From contig CAYWXH010000003.1 of NCBI GenBank assembly GCA_964462295.1, positions 9,653-73,652 on the forward strand: a stretch of DNA of 64,000 nt. The letters run 5' to 3'. Source of the DNA: an uncultured Atribacterota bacterium (GTDB lineage: Bacteria > Atribacterota > JALVIU01). Position 1 is the stretch's first letter, and each line of letters begins with the position of its first letter. Shown piece after piece: positions 59,425-64,000 of this stretch. The position numbers were made by a program, and so were the translations under genes. The notes below the pieces were generated by a model. That model was not told where the DNA came from and did not search any database. It saw nothing but the letters and a program-made list of their open reading frames with translations.

Positions 59425-60169
59425 AGAAGATTACATTGTAAGGGCAATTGATGTTCATAAGTATTTTGGCAGAAATTATGTATTAAAGGGGATAAATCTT
59501 TCTGTAAAACGAAATGAAGTTGTTGCTATTATTGGTGCATCCGGATCAGGTAAGAGTACATTTTTGAGATGTTTAAATGGTCTTGAGAGAATCCAAAAAG
59601 GAAAGATTTATGTGGAAGACCAGGATGTACCATCTATACTGGATACCCCGCAGATTAATAAATTAAGACAAGATATTGGTATGATTTTCCAAAGTTTTAA
59701 TCTATTCCCAAATTATACTGCACTTGGAAATATAACCCTTGCACTTACAAAGGTGAAAAAATTAAAAAAGAAAGATGCAGAAGAGATAGGATATCGTTTT
59801 CTTGAAAAAGTTGGACTTCGGGATAAGGCAACTTCTTATCCGTTTAATCTTTCAGGAGGTCAACAACAGCGTATAGCTATTGCTAGGGCATTGGCTATGA
59901 ATCCAAAGGTAATGATGTTTGATGAACCAACCTCTGCGCTTGATCCAGAGACGGTAAAAGATGTACTTGATGTTATGGAAGAACTTGCCCAAGAGGGTAT
60001 GACAATGATTGTTGTAACCCATCAAATGGGTTTTGCAAAGGTAGCTGCAGATAGAGTAATTTATATGGATGAAGGGGCTATTGTAGAGGAAGGTACACCT
60101 GATGAGATCTTTTTAAATCCTAAAAATGAAAGAACTAAACAGTTTTTGGGGAAATTATTGGTAGTCTAG
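59417..60169 (+). CDS. Polar amino acid ABC transporter ATP-binding protein
   Basis: 250 aa. Walker [10 protein letters not shown]. Signature [15 protein letters not shown]. Walker [12 protein letters not shown]. Confidence 0.9.
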   Translation: MTREDYIVRAIDVHKYFGRNYVLKGINLSVKRNEVVAIIGASGSGKSTFLRCLNGLERIQKGKIYVEDQDVPSILDTPQINKLRQDIGMIFQSFNLFPNYTALGNITLALTKVKKLKKKDAEEIGYRFLEKVGLRDKATSYPFNLSGGQQQRIAIARALAMNPKVMMFDEPTSALDPETVKDVLDVMEELAQEGMTMIVVTHQMGFAKVAADRVIYMDEGAIVEEGTPDEIFLNPKNERTKQFLGKLLVV

Positions 60170-60256
60170 TTTAGTATCTAATCGAATACAAGAAGGGAGG
60201 TGATTTTCTAATAATAAAAATGTATAATCTTAAAATTTAAAAGGGAGGTGGCATTA

Positions 60257-61780
60257 ATGAGGAAGTCTTTGTTCTTTAAGGTTTTTCTTCTTACAATTTT
60301 AATTACTATGTTTGGATTTTTATTTGCATTTGTAGGGTATGGTGCCCAAAAGCCAGTGTATGGTGGAAAGTTAGTAGTTGCTATTCCTGCAGAGCCTCCA
60401 GGTCTTGACCCTACATCAAACACCGCAGCAGTTATTGATAGAGTAGTCTATAACAATGTTTATGAAGGTCTTGTAAAAATAAATAGAGAAGGTAAAATTA
60501 CACCTGCACTTGCAGAATCTTGGGATGTTTCAAAAGATGGTCTTACCTATACCTTCCATCTCAGAAAGGGTGTAAAATTCCATGATGGTTCTGATTTTAC
60601 AGCAGCTGATGTAAAATATACAATAGAGAGAAATACAAAAAAAGACACCAAAAATGCACATCCAGAATTCTTCAGAGTAATAAAGAAGATGAAAGTAATC
60701 GATGACTACACCATTCAATTTACCCTTGGTGAGCCAAACTTTATGTTCCTCTTTAACCTTGCAAGAGGAGATTCTGTAATAGTTCCAGAAGGACATGATG
60801 CAGATCTTAAGAGTAAGCCTATTGGTACAGGTCCATTCAAATTCAAGGAATGGGCAAGGGGAGATCATATAACACTTGTAAAAAATAAGGATTATTGGAA
60901 TCCAAAACTTCCATATCTTGATGAAGTAGTATTTAAGTTTATACCAGATGAAACAACACAACTTGCAGCCCTTAAGGCAGGGGATATAGATGTTGTTGCA
61001 TACATCCTAAGCCCTGAAAGTGTCCCAGATATCGAGGCTGATCCAAATCTTAAAGTAATAAAGGGTGGAGTTACAACAGGTGATGTAATACTTGCTATCA
61101 ATAATTCCAGGAAACCATTTAATGATGTAAGGGTAAGAAGAGCAATAAGTTATGCTATAGATAGGAAGGCTGTTATTGATGGTGCAATGTTTGGATATGG
61201 TACACCTATTGGTAGCCATATGAGTCCTGCAAATCCGTACTATGTAGACCTTACCTGGGTATATCCATATAACCCTGCAAAGGCAAAGGAGCTATTGAAG
61301 GAAGCAGGATATCCAAATGGATTCGATGCAGTTATTAAGCTTCCTGCACCTTATAAGTATTCTGTAAAATCTGGAGAAATTATAGCTGATCTTTTGAAAG
61401 ATGTTGGTATAAACCTTAAAATAGAACTTATTGAATGGGGTCAATGGATTCAAAATGTATTTTTGAAGGCAGACTATGATCTTACAGTTATTGGACATGT
61501 TGAGGCATTTGACATAGGGATATATGCAAATCCGAAGTATTACTTCAGATATGATAGCCCATGGTTTAGAGAGGTTTATCACCGTGCACTCACTACAACA
61601 AATGAAGATGAAAGAAAGAAATTGTTTGCTATAGCTCAGTGGATTCTTGCATCTGATGCAGTAAATGGATTCTTATTTGAGGCACCATCTCTTCCTGCCA
61701 TGAGAAAGAATGTAATGAATTGGTGGGCAAATTATCCAATTATTGCAGTAGATGTAACAGAAGTTTGGAAGGCAAAATAA
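60257..61780 (+). CDS. Peptide/nickel ABC transporter substrate-binding protein (family 5, Opp/Dpp-like)
   Basis: ORF-track start 60248 is GTG inside the SD. ATG 60257 with GGGAGG at 8-nt spacing preferred. Signal peptide. SBP_bac_5 architecture. Confidence 0.8.
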   Translation: MRKSLFFKVFLLTILITMFGFLFAFVGYGAQKPVYGGKLVVAIPAEPPGLDPTSNTAAVIDRVVYNNVYEGLVKINREGKITPALAESWDVSKDGLTYTFHLRKGVKFHDGSDFTAADVKYTIERNTKKDTKNAHPEFFRVIKKMKVIDDYTIQFTLGEPNFMFLFNLARGDSVIVPEGHDADLKSKPIGTGPFKFKEWARGDHITLVKNKDYWNPKLPYLDEVVFKFIPDETTQLAALKAGDIDVVAYILSPESVPDIEADPNLKVIKGGVTTGDVILAINNSRKPFNDVRVRRAISYAIDRKAVIDGAMFGYGTPIGSHMSPANPYYVDLTWVYPYNPAKAKELLKEAGYPNGFDAVIKLPAPYKYSVKSGEIIADLLKDVGINLKIELIEWGQWIQNVFLKADYDLTVIGHVEAFDIGIYANPKYYFRYDSPWFREVYHRALTTTNEDERKKLFAIAQWILASDAVNGFLFEAPSLPAMRKNVMNWWANYPIIAVDVTEVWKAK

Positions 61781-61791
61781 ATCTTCTATTT

Positions 61792-61820
61792 AAGGGAGGG
61801 GTTAACCCCTCCCTTTTCTT
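61792..61820 (+). terminator. Hairpin aagggagggg-ttaa-cccctccctt plus a T-tract after the binding-protein gene. Partial terminator or attenuator.
   Basis: Read directly. 10-bp GC-rich stem followed by ttttcttt. The downstream SD GGGAGG follows immediately. Confidence 0.7.
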
Positions 61821-61831
61821 TGGGAGGTACT

Positions 61832-62776
61832 ATGACTCACTATATAATGAGAAGGCTTCTAAGTTTTACCCTTGTTCTTATAGGTGTATCTATCATAATC
61901 TTTTTTGTATTGCATATTTTACCTGGGGATCCTGCACAGATCATATTGGGTACTCAGGCGACACCTGAAAAGCTTGCGAATCTAAGACACTTAATGGGAC
62001 TTGATAGGCCTATTATTGTCCAGTATTTTGATTGGTTAAAGGGGGTCTTTACAGGGGATTTAGGACATTCTATCTCATATGATACATCAGTTGCAAGTCT
62101 TATTGGAACTCGTATGGAAGTCACTTTATTTCTTACTTTTTTTGCTATTTTTCTTAGTGTTATTATAGGTATACCTTTGGGTATATTTGCAGCTACACAT
62201 CAGGGGACCCCAGGAGACTATCTTGTAATGCTATTTTCTCAGATAGGAATAGCTGTACCTGCCTTTTGGACAGGAATTTTACTTATATACTTCTTTGCTG
62301 TAAAATTTCATATCTTTCCTGCAGGAGGGTTTATTCCTTTTTCAAAAGGCCTTATACCGTTTTTAAGATCCCTTATTTTACCTACACTTTCGATTGCGAT
62401 AGTTAGAGCATCGGTTCTTGCAAGGATGTCTCGTTCTTCTGTGCTTGAGGTAATGAGAGAAGACTATGTAAGAACTGCAAGGAGCAAAGGACTTTCTGAG
62501 CGAGTAGTTATATATAAACATGTCCTTAAAAACGCTTTTATCCCTATTCTTACTGTTATAGGTCTTCAAATTGGACAGCTCATGGCAGGTGAAATTGTTA
62601 TTGAAAATGTGTTTTATCTTCCGGGACTGGGCCAACTTGTAATGAGGTCTATAGGGCAAAGAGATTTGCCTACAGTACAGGCAATTGTTTTATTTATAGC
62701 TGTGCTCATTATCTTAATAAATTTAGTGGTAGATATATTATATGGCTATTTTGATCCAAGAATAAAGTATGAATAG
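61832..62776 (+). CDS. ABC transporter permease (OppB/DppB-like)
   Basis: ORF-track start 61820 is TTG. ATG 61832 (MTHYIMRRLLSF) preferred. Six TM helices, EAA-like motif. Confidence 0.85.
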   Translation: MTHYIMRRLLSFTLVLIGVSIIIFFVLHILPGDPAQIILGTQATPEKLANLRHLMGLDRPIIVQYFDWLKGVFTGDLGHSISYDTSVASLIGTRMEVTLFLTFFAIFLSVIIGIPLGIFAATHQGTPGDYLVMLFSQIGIAVPAFWTGILLIYFFAVKFHIFPAGGFIPFSKGLIPFLRSLILPTLSIAIVRASVLARMSRSSVLEVMREDYVRTARSKGLSERVVIYKHVLKNAFIPILTVIGLQIGQLMAGEIVIENVFYLPGLGQLVMRSIGQRDLPTVQAIVLFIAVLIILINLVVDILYGYFDPRIKYE

Positions 62777-62788
62777 GAGTTACTTAAA

Positions 62789-63619
62789 ATGAAGAGATAT
62801 CTAAAAAATAAAAACTTCCTTATAGGTTTTGTCATAGTCTCTCTTATAGTTATCATGGCTATACTTAGTTTTTTTTGGACCCCATATAATCCAAATAAAA
62901 TGCATATAAGGGAAAGATTAAAGCCGCCTTCTATGAGACATGTACTAGGGACAGATCAATATGGAAGAGACATATTTTCTCGTATCATGGTTGGTGCGGT
63001 TAACTCTATATTTGTAGGAATTGTATCTGTAGGTATAGGTCTTTTATTTGGGCTTTTCTTTGGGGCATTTGCCGCATACTCTGGAGGGTGGAAAGATGAG
63101 ATTACTATGCGTATAATGGATGTTCTGTATGGATTTCCCCCTGTTCTCATGGCAATACTTATCACATCTATTTTAGGGCCGGGTATAAGGAACAGTATAT
63201 TAGCCATAGGTATTTTTAATATACCTGTTTTTGCACGACTTACAAGGGGAAGCTTTCTCTCTATGAAAGAGAGAGATTTTGTTCAAGCTGCCCGTGCACT
63301 TGGAGATAGAGAATTTGTTATTATATTAAAACATATATTCCCTAATATAATTTCACCAATTATTGTACAATCTGCAACGCAATTTGCAGTGGCTATACTT
63401 GCAGAAGCTGCACTTAGCTATCTCGGGCTTGGAACCCAACCACCAAATGCAAGCTGGGGAAGAATGTTAAAAGAGGCACAGACCTATATGAGACTCTCGC
63501 CATGGCCTGCAATATTCCCAGGACTTGCCATAGGTATTGCGGTGATGGGTATAAATATGTTGGGAGATGGACTTAGAGATATATTTGACCCAAGACTTTC
63601 CAGATTGGGTAAAAAGTAG
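62789..63619 (+). CDS. ABC transporter permease (OppC/DppC-like)
   Basis: 276 aa, N-terminal TM, binding-protein-dependent transport inner-membrane component signature. Confidence 0.85.
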   Translation: MKRYLKNKNFLIGFVIVSLIVIMAILSFFWTPYNPNKMHIRERLKPPSMRHVLGTDQYGRDIFSRIMVGAVNSIFVGIVSVGIGLLFGLFFGAFAAYSGGWKDEITMRIMDVLYGFPPVLMAILITSILGPGIRNSILAIGIFNIPVFARLTRGSFLSMKERDFVQAARALGDREFVIILKHIFPNIISPIIVQSATQFAVAILAEAALSYLGLGTQPPNASWGRMLKEAQTYMRLSPWPAIFPGLAIGIAVMGINMLGDGLRDIFDPRLSRLGKK

Positions 63620-63632
63620 ATAGGAGGACAAA

Positions 63633-64000
63633 ATGAAAGAAGATGTATATAAAGAAGTGCTTTCGTATATTAATGATGATGAGGTAATAGAACTTACCCA
63701 AGCATTAGTTAGAATTCCAAGTGTATATAGAGAAGGAGACCCAGAGGGAAATGAAGAAAGAGTTGCCAAGTTTGTATATGAAAAATTAAAAGAGATTGGA
63801 ATGGATGTAGAAATCAAAGATGTTGTTCCTCATAGACCCAATGTGCGGGGCATTTTTAAAGGGAAAAATTCAGGTAGGAAACTTCTTTTCTCCGGACATA
63901 CCGATGTGGTTACAGAGGGAGACCCAAGTAAATGGACATATCCACCTTTTTCTGCAACTATCGTGGATGATAAAATATATGGGCGTGGTGCAAATGATAT
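63633..64000 (+). CDS. M20-family metallopeptidase/deacylase (ArgE/DapE/CPG2-like), N-terminal part. Gene runs off the window end.
   Basis: MKEDVYKEVLSYINDDEVIELTQALVRIPSV..LLFSGHTDVV..GRGANDM. SD AGGAGG. Confidence 0.7.
   Translation, partial: MKEDVYKEVLSYINDDEVIELTQALVRIPSVYREGDPEGNEERVAKFVYEKLKEIGMDVEIKDVVPHRPNVRGIFKGKNSGRKLLFSGHTDVVTEGDPSKWTYPPFSATIVDDKIYGRGAND

Noticed and set aside
60208-60423. Minus-strand 71-aa ORF overlapping the intergenic region and the start of the peptide binding-protein gene
   Set aside because: It is antisense to a well-supported signal peptide and has no SD.
1-64000. CRISPR arrays, IS elements, integrases, prophage genes, rRNA and canonical tRNA genes
   Set aside because: No regularly spaced direct repeats, no transposase or integrase-like translations in the ORF track, and no terminal inverted repeats were seen. 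The only tRNA-like structure found is the 3' domain of the tmRNA.

Overview
64 kb chromosomal window from an AT-rich (roughly one-third GC), probably thermophilic anaerobic bacterium. Coding is dense and strongly biased to the + strand: only panB', a HAD hydrolase and an ArsB/NhaD-like permease lie on the minus strand. Start/stop overlaps of the ATGA or TAAATG type are frequent, indicating long translationally coupled operons. In order, the window contains: panB (partial) and a HAD hydrolase. Two tandem secreted PEGA-domain proteins. A small Cys4 ORF, rnhC, DUF2007, lemA, a B12-like radical SAM gene and a CPA2 antiporter in one operon. A convergent ArsB/NhaD-like permease. A glycolytic block of PfkB-family 1-phosphofructokinase, a CBS protein and PPi-dependent PFK. 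Two large secreted hypothetical proteins. Pyruvate:ferredoxin oxidoreductase (single 1180-aa polypeptide) with a clear promoter and terminator. AMMECR1 plus the AmmeMemoRadiSam radical SAM gene, with no Memo gene in this window. mreB, mreC, an M16 peptidase, DUF951 and a BFN nuclease-domain protein. smpB immediately followed by tmRNA (ssrA, tag AEDNFALAA). An AMIN-domain amidase and a GerMN protein. tlyA, a membrane PD-(D/E)xK-like protein, nadK and recN. A branched-chain acid fermentation operon: buk, aminotransferase, ptb, a P-loop protein, the four subunits of a VOR-type 2-oxoacid:ferredoxin oxidoreductase, and a DegT aminotransferase, followed by an HDAC-family gene. A roughly 17.5 kb flagellar/chemotaxis operon: flhB, flhA, flhF, flhG, PilZ, cheC, cheD, fliA, FapA-like, a small K/E-rich ORF, cheR, cheB, cheA, cheY, HD-GYP and a prepilin peptidase. 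That operon ends in a DnaB-C/RecA-like ATPase translationally coupled to a second, SigB/F-type sigma factor. Downstream are an amino-acid ABC transporter and a peptide (Opp/Dpp-type) ABC transporter, each with a hairpin after its binding-protein gene, and the start of an M20 peptidase. No CRISPR arrays, transposases, integrases, rRNA or canonical tRNA genes were recognised. All functional calls rest on recalled family motifs and on the supplied translations; no database search was possible.
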